Positions 24,088-38,585 of a DNA stretch of 64,000 bases are shown here, one piece after another. Origin of the DNA: Octopus sinensis (taxonomy: Eukaryota); assembly GCF_006345805.1 (NCBI RefSeq), contig NC_043016.1:12028001-12092000 (forward strand), written 5' to 3'. Every line of letters starts with the position of its first letter. Positions within the stretch are counted from its first letter, which is position 1. Made by a program: the position numbers and the translations under genes. Below the pieces are notes generated by a model. It saw only the letters and a program-made list of their open reading frames with translations, was not told where the DNA came from and ran no database searches.

Positions 24088-27000
24088 CATGCCGATATGG
24101 GCTGGATGGATTCTCACAGTCCAAGTCACTTCTGGTTGGGAGTTACTGCTTCCAAAGAGCGGCACTCATTATATGTTGACTTTGGTACGATTTCTACAAC
24201 TGGGTGTCCTTTCTATTGCCAAATGCTTCACAGGGTGAATTTGTTGTATTTTCTTGTGGCACCAACACCAAAGATGTTGAATAATCCTCAGCAAGACAGG
24301 ACTAACAAAATACCTCACAACTCTGTGCTTTCTCTGCAAATTTTCCAACCACTTTAAGTGTGCACTAGGTGCATTTTGTGGTACCAGCACAACAAAGGTT
24401 ACCTCAGTCAACAATCATCCATAGGGGGAATGTGAAAGGAGGAGTCCATTGTGGTACCAGCATAGGTGCAGGGTGTCATGTACATATTAAAGGTAGAGAG
24501 TACACGGCAACATAAGATATATAGACTGAAGAATGGAATGGGAGATGAAGGCTCAAAAGGAATGGCTGTGTGGTCAGTGCAAGAATTTATGTATTCTTAC
24601 ATTATATGCTGTATACTCTTTTATTCTGTTATTTGTTTCAGTCTACAAATTGACCCCAGGACTCATTCTTTGTAAGTCTCTTTCACTGAACCGCTAAGTT
24701 ACGGAGACATAAACACACTAGCATCAGTTGTCAAACGATGGTGGGGGAGGGGACAAACACAGGCACACACACATATATACATGATGGGCTTCTTTCAGTC
24801 TCCATCTTCCAAATCCATTTACAGGGCTTTGTTCAGACTAAGGCTATAATAGAAGGCACTTGCCCAAGGTGTCACACAGTGGGACTGAACCTGGAACCAT
24901 GTGGTTGGTAAGCAAGCTACTTACCACACAGCCACTCAAAATAACTTATCCCCCCCCACTCTCTCTCTCTATATATAGGTAATATATATCCCTTCTTGAA
25001 CATGGATGTTCTGTTATAATAAACTACATTGTGGTAGAAACCATGAGAGAACCTCTCATACTGGCTTTGGTGCAAAATACACTCTTGTTTATATTGCAAG
25101 CCGAGATAAAACCCCATCAGAGACAGATAAATGTATATATATTTACATGTATATGTATAATGCTGAGCATGCATGTAAACATGATTTATTATGCACTGAA
25201 ATTATTATTACATGATGAAGGCTGTGAAACAGCTGTAACCCTAAGGATGACAAGTGGTTAAATAAATATATCTACCTCGCATACCTCTTTACATTTTATG
25301 GTTTGTGTGTGTGTGTGTGTGTGTATCAGGACCACCATCATTGTTTAACGTCCACTTTCCATGCTGGCATAAGTTGGACGGTTTGACAGGAGCTGAATAA
25401 GCAGAAAACTGTACTGGACTTCTGTATCTGTTTTGGCCTGGATTTTATGGCTGGATGCCCTTCCTAACACCAACCACCCCATAGAGTGGATTGAATGCTT
25501 TTACATGGCACAAGCACAGGCAAGGTCAGTTAAGGCATGATTTTTACAGCCTGATATGTGTGTGTGTGTGTGTCTATGTATATTTATACATATATGTATC
25601 GAGAGGGGAGGATGATGATGATGATGATGATGAAATTAGAGTAAATTAGTACTACAAACAACTCAGTTGATATATATATATTAGACAGCATACCAGAGTC
25701 AAGATAGTTAACTCTGATCAGTTCAGTGTAGCAAGCTGCATACACATATCACTTGACAAAAATTCCAGTACTGCTGGTGAAGGGTGTAAATAGACACTAC
25801 ACAGTATCTGTTTGCTACCTCAATGAGCAGTATTGTAAATTTAGACAAATGTTCTTGTAATTTAACCCCGGATAAGCCTGACAAATTCAAGCACTGACCA
25901 TCTGCCATTTTTAGGTATAGTATATCCTGAATAACAGCATTCAGTGTATCAGATTTTTAAAGTGGTTTCAGCAAGATTTTACCCTTCAGCATACAGATTA
26001 TTGTCAAATGTAATGCTTATTTATTCACATTGTTTTGAATTAATCATACATTATCTCATAGCTTTGAGATTTTGATGATGTGACTGTTTCTTTTAGAATG
26101 ATATTGTTTGGTAGGTGTGTCAGGCTGGAACTGGCTGGTTAGGACATAAAACAGGCAGAAGAATATTTGGGGCCAGATATGGGCAGTTTAAATACTGAAC
26201 GGTTAACAGTTATTTACAGCCAGGTCAGTGACCATGTAGATGTTACCTTTTAATAAACTGATAATAATGGTGCTAAAAAACATAGCAGGACTTTGGCAAC
26301 TGTTTTGTTAGTTGGCAGTACTGAGTTCAGAGACTCTTGTTGGGTTTGGGAGAGAATGGAAGTGCAAAAGATAAGATTTTATTTTTTTCATTCCATCATC
26401 AATATTCCAAAACAAAATTGAAGCCTCATCTTACATAGAGGTAAACAAGTAAATAAAGAAAAAAAAAAGAAAACTTCAAACAAAAAATATAAGATCAATA
26501 TAAAAATCATTAAGAAATGTGAGACACTGTGTTATTTTGAAATTTGATCCTAGGAAAAGAACGGATATACAAATTTATAACAACTGAGCCGCAAGTGGTG
26601 AGGCCACCTTTTGTAGCTGGGCTGAGAGACCAGCTACTTTTATTGATGTTTCCTGTCATCAAATTGTTTGCTAGCTCTGAATTGTTCTACCTTTGAATTG
26701 TTCTAGAATACAGAACCCCCTTACTTAGAAAGAGGTAATAGTTGAGAACAGGAAAAGCATCTGACTATAACAATCCTGTCTTAAGTACCTCCTCAAAAAT
26801 AAACATTAATGTGTGTGTGTGTGTGTGCATATTGTTTGTCTGTTTTTTTTATGTATAGTTATATACAAAAACATTCAAAAATTTATTGAAGGGGTTACTC
26901 AATACAATTACGTAGAGCATCACATTTTATTTTCCCCAGGAAGAGGCTGACAGTGACATTGAAATTTCACCTCTATTAGCTTGAGATATATATATATATA

Positions 27001-27124
27001 TATATATATTATCTATTTTGAGTACGCAGATACCTCATAAAGGAGATGTTAACATCAAAGCTTTGCCAGTTTAATCATATATATTGATTTATATTTATAT
27101 TTCCAGAGGAAATATTTAACTTGA

Positions 27125-27269
27125 TATTAGGTTGTCCCAAAAGTTCGTAAACACTTGCGAAAATTGAATTTTTACTCGCCAAGTACTAACAAAAACAACA
27201 AAAAATATTCCTCAAAATAAAGACCATTATTTTCCAAGACTTTCTACGAACTTTTGGGACAACCTTATA
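27125..27269. mobile_element. Mariner-type MITE
   Basis: TIRs AGGTTGTCCCAAAAGTTCGTA / TACGAACTTTTGGGACAACCT, flanked by TA. Confidence 0.8.
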
Positions 27270-30200
27270 TTTCAAGATGCAATTTTTAATTTATTAATTT
27301 GTAATTGATTGAGTTTAATATGGAAACAAATTTTAGGTAACAGAGAATTTTGACAATATGTAAATAAATTGAATTTTATCGGTAAAAATTCTCCATTTTC
27401 TCCTTATAATATATTTTATATACATATATCATCATTATCATCCTTAATCATGCTATATTTCCTTTTCCATTTATGCTGGCAAGGGTTGGACAGGATTTCT
27501 AAGGTAACATTTTATGGTTGGACACCATTCCTAGTGCCAGCCCTTGCATGTTTCAAAGAAAGATATTTCTCCATGACCAAACATGGTTTTGGAAACAAAG
27601 GACACCACTTCAATGATAGAAATTTTTCTTTACAACTATCAAACGATGTCAAGAGAAGCAAACACTAACACACACAGGCTTCTTTCAGTTTCCACCACTC
27701 ACAAGGGTTTGGGCAGCCTGGGGCTTTAGTAGAAGACAATTGCCAAAGTGCCTGAAACTATGTGCTTAAGAAACAGACGTTTCACCACATAGATATACCT
27801 GCACTTCTGTACAAAAGCTAGATTTAAAGTATAACCTCTTGAGCGACACTGAAGCATCTATCTGACATTACCTCTCTTCTTATACTCTAAGAAACCTTTT
27901 GCAAAACCTTTTGAGTATTAAAGATAGCAGCAAATATGGCTTTGCTGATAACATATGTGATGCAAATTATCAACAACGGTCAGGAAGATGCTATATATTG
28001 ATGCCACAAGTTATCTGTAGATGAAGCAGTAAGGTAAACATGAAAATGTGATGATGTTGGATTTCAGGTCTCCTAGAAAGATGACAGGTGTGAGATTTGA
28101 AAAGGCAACATGACTATGATGCAGGCCTATCTAACAAATCTGAGCAAAGAAACATACACTAAATACCAGGTCTGCTCAATTAGAGCCTACCTTGTTGGAC
28201 AGAATGGTCAGTGGCTTTCTTCCAGTCCTTTACATTCTGAGTTCAAATCCTACTGAGGTCAACTATGCCCTTTATTCTTTGAAGGTTATATAAAATAAGT
28301 ACCAGTTGAGTACAACATTGGTCAATATAATCCAAATCCAAATTTTTATATCACATAATACTTCAGATAATGAAAGAAATTCTAAGGTCTCCATTTGGTC
28401 AGGGTTTATTGAGTATTTACACCTAAAAACTTCCTCTCCAGATCACAGGCCTGGGTAAAGATTTTTACAGACAGCCTATAATAGAACAAGCTGGAAGCCT
28501 ATAATAGAACAAGCTGGAAGCCTCTTTTCTCTATGACACCTATCTTATCCAAGGGAAAGACAAGGGCCAAAATCAGTTGGTTCAAGTACTGTCACTGACA
28601 GACTTAGAAAGTAAAGAGCTAAAATAAATGCCATTCGGAATTTTTTGTTTTTGAGTGTTCTAACAATTTATTGCTTTGGAAGGGTATTTTATTATTTTCT
28701 TTTTGTTTTATTTTTGGTTGTCACTTGTGGTCCAAGAAAGACGATTAAGCAATTCTTGCTGAAAAAGTTGCACATATGATTAATTTCTAGTGATCAAATG
28801 CTTCTACTGTACATATTAGCTCAATCCCTCCATCAAAATGATACTATCTGTACAGGTGTGCCACATGTCAAGATGTTGAAGTATTCAAAGAGCAACTTGA
28901 AATAAAGTATTTTGTTCAAGAATACAATGCACTGCCTGATCTGTGAATCAAAGCCACATTCCTGCAATCGAGAGTGTAATATCTTAACCACATAGCCCCC
29001 CCCCCTATTTTATTTTATAAATACCAGGAAAATGGAAGGAAAAGTTGACCTCAGCAGGATTTGAACTCAGAACCCCACCCCAAAATAAATTTCATCTAAT
29101 GTCAAATGATTTTGTTGATCCATCATGTTTATATGTAGAATGGGTGTGTTTCTACAATATGAAAATAGGTTATGTTAATGGTTTAAATCAAATAGTAAAT
29201 GCTGGGAATCAAAACATATCACTTACAGAGTATGTTTCCAAGATAAACATCAATCTAGTCTTAAAACTGACTGACTGGCAATAAATTAGTTTCTCTAATG
29301 AATTATAAACTTACAGACCAGAATATTAACTTAAGTGAAATACCTGGTTAAAATATCAACACCTTAACCCTTTAGCATTTAAACCGACCATATCCAGCCC
29401 AAATATTCTATAAGTTTTATGTTCAAACTGACTGGTTCTAGCCTCTCACACCTACCCTACAATGTCATTCTAAAGATAAAAATAAAAATTCACATCCTTG
29501 AAATCTTGAAGTTACAAGATAATGCATGATTAATTTCATAATGATGTGTTTAAATAAACATTACATTTGATAGAATAATCTGAATGCTGAAGGGTTGAAT
29601 CACAACACACCCAAATAAGTGTAATCTAAGTTGCAAAGGAATAGTATGTCACACATAGCCAGTTTATTTCAATAGAGTTTATAATCAAGAATTTGAAATA
29701 ATTTAATTTAAATTAATCATTTCATTGGTATATTAAGTTGGATTTTTAGAATAAATCTTAAAAATGATAGATTTTAATCTAAATATGGACAATTTTTTTT
29801 AAAAACATGTGGTTTAGTATCAAAAATGGTAATCAGTTGTGATTGATTCCTTTCATTGATTAATGCTAAATTTAAGATTAGTCCAAAAATTGGTTATACC
29901 TGAATGAATGCAATGAAAACCATTCAAAACTAATTCCTAAAGTCTTTTGATACAAACTCACCTGAGACTCACCCCATCCCATCTGTGATACAGATTCCCC
30001 ATTTTAAAGTGATCTAAATTAAAACTTTCCATAAAAATTTTATGTTAATTTATGTTCTAAACACCAGCTTAGTAATGCCAAAGTTATGTCATAAAATTCA
30101 TCATCATTTTCAAAGTTAATTGTAGCTAAGGCAGTATTTAAAAAGAAATATGGTAACAGAAGGAAAAGGTTGAAACAGTAATGGACCGAAAAAACTGCAG

Positions 30201-30485
30201 ATTTTCATTTGTATAATAGAATGCCCCACTCAACCATGAATAAAAAAAAAACTGACAGATTTAAATATCAGACAAAAAGCTATTCTCCGATATCCATCAT
30301 TAGTCTATTGTAAAATATTAGCAACTGATTTTACTAAATTACTTCAATTATTTGAAGATTAAATACAAAAGTAAGGATTTAAGCTACTTCCAGCTCCTAT
30401 AATATTGGGGATTTGATAGGTTTTGATTCCCAGCATTTACTATTTGATTTAATTCATTAACGTAACTGGTTCTTATATTGCAGGA

Positions 30486-30630
30486 ACGCAACACCCATGA
30501 CTTTCGGAAACATTTTTTCATGCTTAGAATTGCTGGAACATGGAATAAACTACCTATATCAGTTGTTAGCTGTCAGGACACAACATCCTTCAAAATTGCC
30601 ATGCTTCCTGAAGTTTGCCAACAATACACC
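30486..30630 (+). pseudogene. CR1/L2-type LINE ORF2 C-terminus
   Basis: HDFRKHFFMLRIAGTWNKLPISVVSCQDTTSFK resembles RxxFFxxRxxxxWNxLP. Confidence 0.65.
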
Positions 30631-31172
30631 TGATGCCCCCCACTCACCCACCTCCCTCCTTTTTTGTTATTGACTCATTCACTGTTCACTTCCTGTGCAT
30701 TATTACAATTAACTTTGAAATGATGATGAATTTTATGACATAACTTGCATTATTCTATGTACTGTTCATGCACTTCTGGCTACTTTTTCTGATAAGTTCT
30801 AGTGCACCTGAGCACTGTGTACAATAAGTTCGTTATTATATTATCTTAGAAATAAAACTACATTTTTATCACTCTAAGTTTGAAATGTTGCTATGATGCA
30901 ATGATTAAAGAGCAGAACTTCAGCAAACAGATTCATTAATGTAGAGGCTAAGTTATGCAAAGCATAACTAAGCATAGCACAGGCCAAGTTATGCAAATAT
31001 GTAACTTAGAACAGACTTTTAGAATATTTCAAATTTCCAAACAAAAAATTTTTTTAACAGTAAATAATGGTAAAATGAAAGAAATTGTTGGGTGAGATGG
31101 AAAGAAAGATGGGAAACGAAAAAATAAATAAATAGAGAGTCAAACATAGAAAGAAAAAAAGCAAAGACTAAC

Positions 31173-31267
31173 TTCTAAATCCTCTTGAGCTGTAATTATG
31201 TATTCTTTTAACATTTCTTGCTGCTTTTCCCTCCATTGTACTCTTGGATCTTCCAACTGGTTTGTCT
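31173..31267 (-). CDS. WWC1: KIBRA/WWC1 ortholog, coding exon 3 (not in the ORF track)
   Basis: Acceptor ttgcAG; 95 nt; (E)[31 protein letters not shown], aligning with KIBRA [23 protein letters not shown]; donor GTTAGT. Confidence 0.95.
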
Positions 31268-34200
31268 CTGCAACATTCAAATTTCACACATTTCAAAATA
31301 TGTTAGATACAAAAGCTACATGATGATTCTGACTTGCATTGTCTGACATTCTAATTAAATTCATGCAAAACTCTTTTTTTTATTTATAATTTTACTGTTC
31401 AAAATTAAGTTTAAGTTTAACAGAAGAAATCATTTGTTGCAATTAAAATAATAAATTTTTTTTAAAATTCCAATAAAAATTTAAATGCCAAGCTCAAGAA
31501 ACATCGTCATTTATGAACATGTCTTCATTAACACACAAGCTGAATCTAGACAGGCTAACGAAGAATGTTCTGAAATACAAATCATTGATTACAAGCAGCT
31601 CATGGATATAAACAATTTAAAATAAAAAAGAAAAGAAAAAAGGTAAAAGATGACAACACCGAATGTAAACGAGTTAAACATTAATGATCTTCAAAAAACA
31701 TAAGTTGTCTTTAGAATTAAAAGAGAAGATAATTTTGATTAAAACACTTGATATTTTAGTGTATTCTGAGAGGCTGACCAGTAACAAAAAATAAAATAGG
31801 TTTTTCAACAATTAAGAAAGAGCAAAATAATCAACAATTATCCACTGTCATTAAGATTTAAATATTTGATAACAGAAAAGAACTCATTCTAGTAATTTAC
31901 AACAACAAACAATAATACAAACTAAATTTTGTTTAGACAATAATTTTTCATACTATCTCAATATCAGGGCTTGAAAACTTAATGAGATGTAATAATGGTT
32001 TCACATTTTGGCACAATGCCAGCAATTTTGGGAGAGGAGTAAGTTGATTTCATCAACCCCCAGTGATCAACTGGTCCTTATTTTATTGACCTCCAAAAAG
32101 GATGAAAGGTAGAGTTGACCAGAATGTAAAGACAGATGAAATGCCATTAAGCGTTTCGCCAGGTGTGCTAACAATTCTGCCAGCTCACTGCTTTTTGGGA
32201 TGTAATAAAGATGCAGTAAAAGAGTTTTTAGCTGCATTTGATCATTTTCTACATCAATGACAAAAAATTTTCATTTTCAGCTCGAAATTGCACATGTGTG
32301 GATTTAGCATTTAAAAGGAAAAAAATAAATGAATTAAATCTTAAAATTTTAATTGATTCTGACTGGAAAGGAACTTTACGGTAAGATGCTAATATATTTC
32401 TTAATAGAAACTAAGACAGGTCAAACATCAGACCAAAATACATGTAAATGGTTATCAGTCCTCAGGAAACTATACTTTGATAATTAGTTGTCAATGCCAG
32501 CATGAATTAACAAGAGAACTTATGAATTATGCTTGTAATGACCATATAATTAGAATGGATAATTAAAGCCATATGAAGAAAGTGCAGTAAAAGAAATAAT
32601 TCTAGAAGATTCCCAAGAAAAATTACAAGAACAGAATTAGCAAATATAATTAATTATCAATATAGTTTTAATTGCAACTAAATTTAGAGATAACTAAAGC
32701 ATCTTTTGTTAAACAAAAATATTTTGAGACAACTTAACTGGGAACAGTTGTAAAGATATCGATATGGGTTACATCACAACATAAAAGACTGAGGTAGTAG
32801 CTAATATTTGTATTATTTTTTAAATAATTTTTTTTAATTAAAGCTGCTTTAATTGAAAACTTTTCATCCAAACTTAATTACTGATATTCAAATATTAAAA
32901 ATGAATGCAGGAAACTTGTGGGAATTTCAGCAACACGACATGCGAGACTCCGGTGAAATACTGAAAGTAATGCGACATTCATTTCCATTTACTGAAGACA
33001 CCAACATGCTCTTCATAACGACAACATAATTGTGACATGCTACCCCAGGTTTGGACATAAAAAACATGCTGCAGAACCTAACAGAAGAAATTCACATGCT
33101 ATTTCAGGTAACTATTTACGTTTCGTTTTAAAATGGTGATTTGCAATCAAAGTAATCATTAGATATTGAGAATTAACTTTGCTGGCTAGAAAGGTGTGCA
33201 TTAATTAAGTAGTAGTAATATTATGTCTCTCCAGATTCTGCTGAAATCGGCATGGCAGGAGGGTGTCTAAAACGTTGGTTATTTAGAATCGCTGCAGACT
33301 GTAGGCTAGTCTATGGTTCATAGTTGATATCATGCCTTGAAATTATACACACACACATGCATTTGCAAATACATATACATACATGCACAGACACAACACA
33401 TATATTTATGAATAACTGGCAGAAGTTACAGAGTACATAGTAGCTCAAGGGCTGAGAATTTTGTGCATTGGCACTTATCAAACTTTGATAAGTACCAATA
33501 GATGAAACCCTCAGCCTTTGAGTCACTAATTCCTGCCGATTATTAATAAAAAGTACACATTTAGTCATGCTTTTTAAGTTCTATTTTCCTGTTTGCATCA
33601 CCAAAATCCTATATATAGCTATCATCACGTTTTAACATTCATCTTCCATGTTGGAGAGGATTGGACAATTTGATAATGACCCAATAGGCCTGAAGTTGCA
33701 CCATGCCTCAATGTCTGATTTTGCAGACATCCTTCCAAACACCGACCATGAAAAGCACCCAGCATACTGGGTACTTCTTTAGAGTACTAACATATAATTA
33801 TGATATATATATGTGTGTGTGTGTGTGTGTATATATATACATATATATATATATAATACACTAATTGTGAGAAGTTACTGACTTTGATGATTGCTAATAT
33901 GGTTAAATTTAAATTTGTTTAATTAAATATATTTACTAGAGAATAATTTCTGGAATTCAAAATTTAAAAACATACTTTCAGACAACTAAAAATTATTGTT
34001 TTCAGAACGAAAACTAATAATCTGCTTTAAAGAACTTAACATGATACACATCTCAGCAAAGCTTTGACATTAAACTTTGATTGCCAAAACATATATATAT
34101 AATCCAACACTGTTTTATTATTGATTTATTTTATATTTGAAATCCAACTAACAGATACAATATCTGAAATTGACAAAGTGCCAGGGGTTTTACCTTTCTT

Positions 34201-36029
34201 TTGGTCCTTGTGGCAATAGTGGGGAAAAAATCAAAATTTTAAAAAATATCTTCAAATTAATAGAATATTTTTTTTTATAAGAAAATCTATAAATGATCAC
34301 TTTTGAATATTCAAAAGTGTTATCAGTACAAGAACTCTTAATATCATACTCAAGGAACAAACACAAATATACATCTGGAAATAATTTTTCAAAATAGATT
34401 AAAAGTTAGAAGAATACAAAAATTGTAGAAATGAAATCCTGATTAGATAGACCAGTAAAACACCATCTAACTAAACAGAAATACATATATATTTTTTTAA
34501 ACCTTTAACATTGAAACGGACCATAATTGGCACAAATATTCTACCAGTTTTATGTTGAAGCCAGACAGATCCAGCTTCTCACACTTACCCTACAATGTCA
34601 TTCTAAAACTAAACCATCACATCATTGAAATCTCAAAGCTATGAGATAATGCAGGATTAACTCAAAGCAATGCGAGTTAAATAAGCATTACATTTGACAG
34701 AATAATATGAATGCTTAAGGGTTGAGGAACAGTTGAAGAAGACAAAATTTAAAATATCTTCAAATGCTGAAGTAAATATGTAAAGAGGAAAAGCTAGAAA
34801 AAAACCCAAAAAAACAAAGCTTAGCAAAGAATTCAGAAATCTTTTACATAACATATAATTTAAAGTAAATTTTAAATTCATTCTCATCTTTTAAGATTCA
34901 CAAATCAAGAATCCATTAACATATCTCATATATATACACATAATATAATATATATTTATATATATATACCGGATGTTAAATGATGATGATGATATACTAT
35001 ACTATATATATATCATAGTATCATTGGATAAATCAGACCTTTGGATGTAGTTATACATTGCTGATCACAATGCACTTTGCACTGTTTTAGGTTTCAAATG
35101 ATTCCACTCTGATGGCAAGGCTGGTTCACTGGAGGGTTACCCATATACCACTGAGTGGACCAGAGCAACGAGAAATGAAGTGTATTGCTCAAGAACACAA
35201 TGTACAGCCTGGTCCAGAAATTGAACTCATGATCTAGCAACCATGAGTGCAACACTTTAATCACTAGGTCACATGCTGTCATAGATGTGTGCATGTGTGT
35301 GTCCCTTTATGAATTAATTAGCTCCCCCAGCTCCCTGGTAAATTTGCAGTTGCTCAAATAAAAATAAATACTAATGTTTTCAGATATACAGTTACATTCA
35401 TTTTTAAGATTCCTTTACACTAATTTTCTTTAGGAACTTTATTCTGAGAATTTGCCAAATTCTATTTATTTTATATTGCAATTACTTTTCTACACTTCCT
35501 CTAGTGATATTTTATAATCACCTTTTCTCCTTCTCTTCAGCTTTTATCTGGTTTTCACAGGCGGTGAATTTGTAGAATTGCAAAAGCATCAGATATTATA
35601 CCCTACAATATTTGTTCTGACTTTCTCTGCACTCTAAATTCAAATCCTGGTGAAGTGAACTCTGGTAAAATTGCCTTGTAGTGTTTATGCCAGCCCTTTG
35701 CTTACTGATCTCAACAAATCCTACTTTGATGATAGATTTAATACCACCTCTTAGTTACGGAGTTTCCTCTGTCACAAGCATTTGGACCAGGCCTCTAGTT
35801 TGAGGGCAACATCATTGCTCCCTCCCATTGGTTTTATAAACCCTGTAATGGGCCATGGACACTGTCTTCCCACTTGACTAAACGAAAAGAAAAGTAAAAC
35901 TCAAAAACAGCAGATCTATAATTTGTGCACTCATAAATCACTCCAATCAAGTGAATTTTCTAACAGATCTAAACACAAATATTTGGAGGGTCCTCACTAA
36001 TCTAATCATGGCCCATTGCAGTGTGGCCA

Positions 36030-36332
36030 TGCTGGGACACTGTCTCAACAGGTTTTAATCAAACAAACTGACCCCAGTACTTATTTTGTTGGGATTTTAT
36101 GCTGAACCACTAAGTTACAGGGACATAAAAAAACCAACATGGGTCGTCAAGTAAGGGACAAAGAAACACACACACACACACACAAAGATAGGCTTCTTTC
36201 AGTTTCCGTCTAACAAATCCACTCACAAGGTTTTTGGTTGGCTGGGGATATAGTAGAAGACACTTTCCCAAGGTGCCATGCAATAGGACTGAACCTGGTA
36301 CCATGTGGTCGAGAAGCAAACTTCTTGCCACG
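36030..36332 (-). mobile_element. Family B SINE (3'-degenerate)
   Basis: Reverse complement of the family B head and body. Confidence 0.75.
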
Positions 36333-36730
36333 CATGTTTACTTTTTCTGAAAATTCTAGTCAAAAATGAAAAACTAAAAATAAAATCTTAAAAAAAACTC
36401 CAAAACCAACAAAATCATGGGAGTCTGTTCACAACTAACACTTGTTTTCAGAAACTCCTAACCATGTTATTTCAATTAACCCTCGTGATTCCTAACTGTC
36501 TGAGACCACTCCTGTTTTTCATACATAAATGCCATTTTAATCCTTTTGATATCAGCCTACCAAAGACTGCCCCTTGTTCTATAATGCCATCTTCTTATTT
36601 TGAAGTGATTGAATTAAAAAGCTTCTGGTAAAAATTTGATGTTAATTTATGTTCCAAACTAACTTAATGATAACAAATTTATTTTAATATATTCTTCATT
36701 ATTTTAAAAATTAATTGAATAAAATAAAAT

Positions 36731-36887
36731 AGGAGTGGCTGTGTGGTAAGTAGCTTGCTAACCAGCTACATGGTTCCGGGTTCAGTCCCACTGCGTGGCA
36801 TCTTGGGCAAGTGTCTTCTGCTATAGCCCCGGGCTGACCAATGCCTTGTGAGTGGATTTGGTAGACAGAAACTGAAAGAAGCCTGTC

Positions 36888-36931
<44 letters not shown>

Positions 36932-37152
36932 GTGTGTGTGTGTGTGTGTCTGTGTTTGTCCCCCTAGCATTGCTTGACAACCGATGCTGGTGTGTTTATG
37001 TCCCCGTTACTTAGCGGTTCGGCAAAAGAAACCGATAGAATAAGTATTGGGCTTACAAAAGAATAAGTCCCGGGGTCGATTTGCTCGATTAAGGGCGGTG
37101 CTCCAGCATGGCCGCAGTCAAATGACTGAAACAAGTAAAAGAGTAAAAGAGA
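36731..37152 (+). mobile_element. Full-length tRNA-derived SINE (family B) with internal (TA)n(TG)n
   Basis: Head GGAGTGGCTGTGTGGTAAG...GGTTCAGTCCC (A/B-box-like); tail CAGTCAAATGACTGAAACAAGTAAAAGAG. Confidence 0.85.
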
Positions 37153-38160
37153 GTACAAAAAGTATTCGTATTTAAATTAATGACTCTTATAATTTCAGGG
37201 AAGAACCACCTGTGTTTCAAACGTCTACTTTTCGATATTAACTGAAACACACCTAGGCATGTGTTTTTTAATTTTTGGATAAGAGAGGGTTGATGTAAAT
37301 ATTACTTTTACCTTTTAAACATAACTGCTAAATAGCTTAACATAAATGTTAAAAAAAAGAACCCTTTAATCAACAAATGTGTAGAGAGCACCTTCGAAGA
37401 TATATATGATGTTCAATAAGTAACACCTGAACTGTTTTACTGATTCCATTTAGTAAGCTGCAGCAATGTCAGATAATTAACAGAATTATCAGCTTTCTTT
37501 AATCAAGTCAGTTCATTTGGTAGAAACAAGTTACCATTTTTTTAAAATTGTGTTTAAAAAATACTTTAAAGGAATTTTTTTTCAAGTATTTCCCCTTTTT
37601 TTCTTAGCTTCAGTACTTCAAGTATCTTTGGCATGCATATATATACCATCGTAAAGTAAATACCACCATGACCGATATCCAAACTACAGTGGAGAAGGCT
37701 AGCCACTGGATTTGGTTAAAAGGAGACAATGAGTGATGGCTAGAAGAATATTGAGCTTTATTTGATAACCAGTTGATCTAGCAAGCGGGTCTCATATCAG
37801 TGAGGTAGGGCTGGTGTGCATTGATGCCGTTGTGAGGTAGGCCCTGAAACGGCATGCATTCTCTCCTGAAGACCCCATACATTTGCTGGCTTCTGGTATA
37901 TGGAGCTCTCAACTGGAAGCACTTGCATGTGCAAGTTGTTTGCAAAACATATATATATATATATAAATAAGGATAAGCATATTAAAAGGGGTCCGTGGGA
38001 AAACTCATTTAAATAAAAGGGGTCCTTGTTAGTGAAAAGGTTGGGAACCACTGTTCTAAAGGCACCAAACAGTCAGGTGGGTTAAGTCTACCTCTCTAAA
38101 ACAGGAATGAGATCTTCTAATAGAACTCTACACACTTTCTGTCTACAAAATTTCGCATAG

Positions 38161-38326
38161 GCGCAGGCGTGGCTGTGTGCTAAGTAGCTTGTCTACCAAC
38201 CACATGGTTCTGGGTTCAGTCCCACTGCGTGGCACCTTGGGCAAGTGTCTTCTACTATAGCCTTGGGCCGACCAAAGCCTTGTGAGTGGATTTGGTAGAC
38301 GGAAACTGAAAGAAGCCCGTCGTATA

Positions 38327-38368
<42 letters not shown>

Positions 38369-38585
38369 TGTGTGTGTTTGTCCCCTAGCATTGCTTGACA
38401 ACCGATGCTGGTGTGTTTATGTCCCCATTATGTCCCCATTACTTAGCGGTTCGGCAAAAGAGACCGATAGAATAAGTACTGGGCTTACAAAAGAATAAGC
38501 CCCGGGGTCGAGTTGCTCGATTAAAGGCGGTGCTCCAGCATGGCCGCAGTCAAATGGCTGAAACAAGTAAAAGAGTAAAGAGTAT
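38161..38585 (+). mobile_element. Family B SINE
   Basis: Same head, body and tail as 36731-37152. Confidence 0.85.

Noticed and set aside
28474-28523. 23-bp tandem duplication
   Set aside because: Ordinary local slippage with no further structure.
37797-38051. 84-aa ORF as a KIBRA exon
   Set aside because: No KIBRA similarity; exons 2 and 3 already join in frame.
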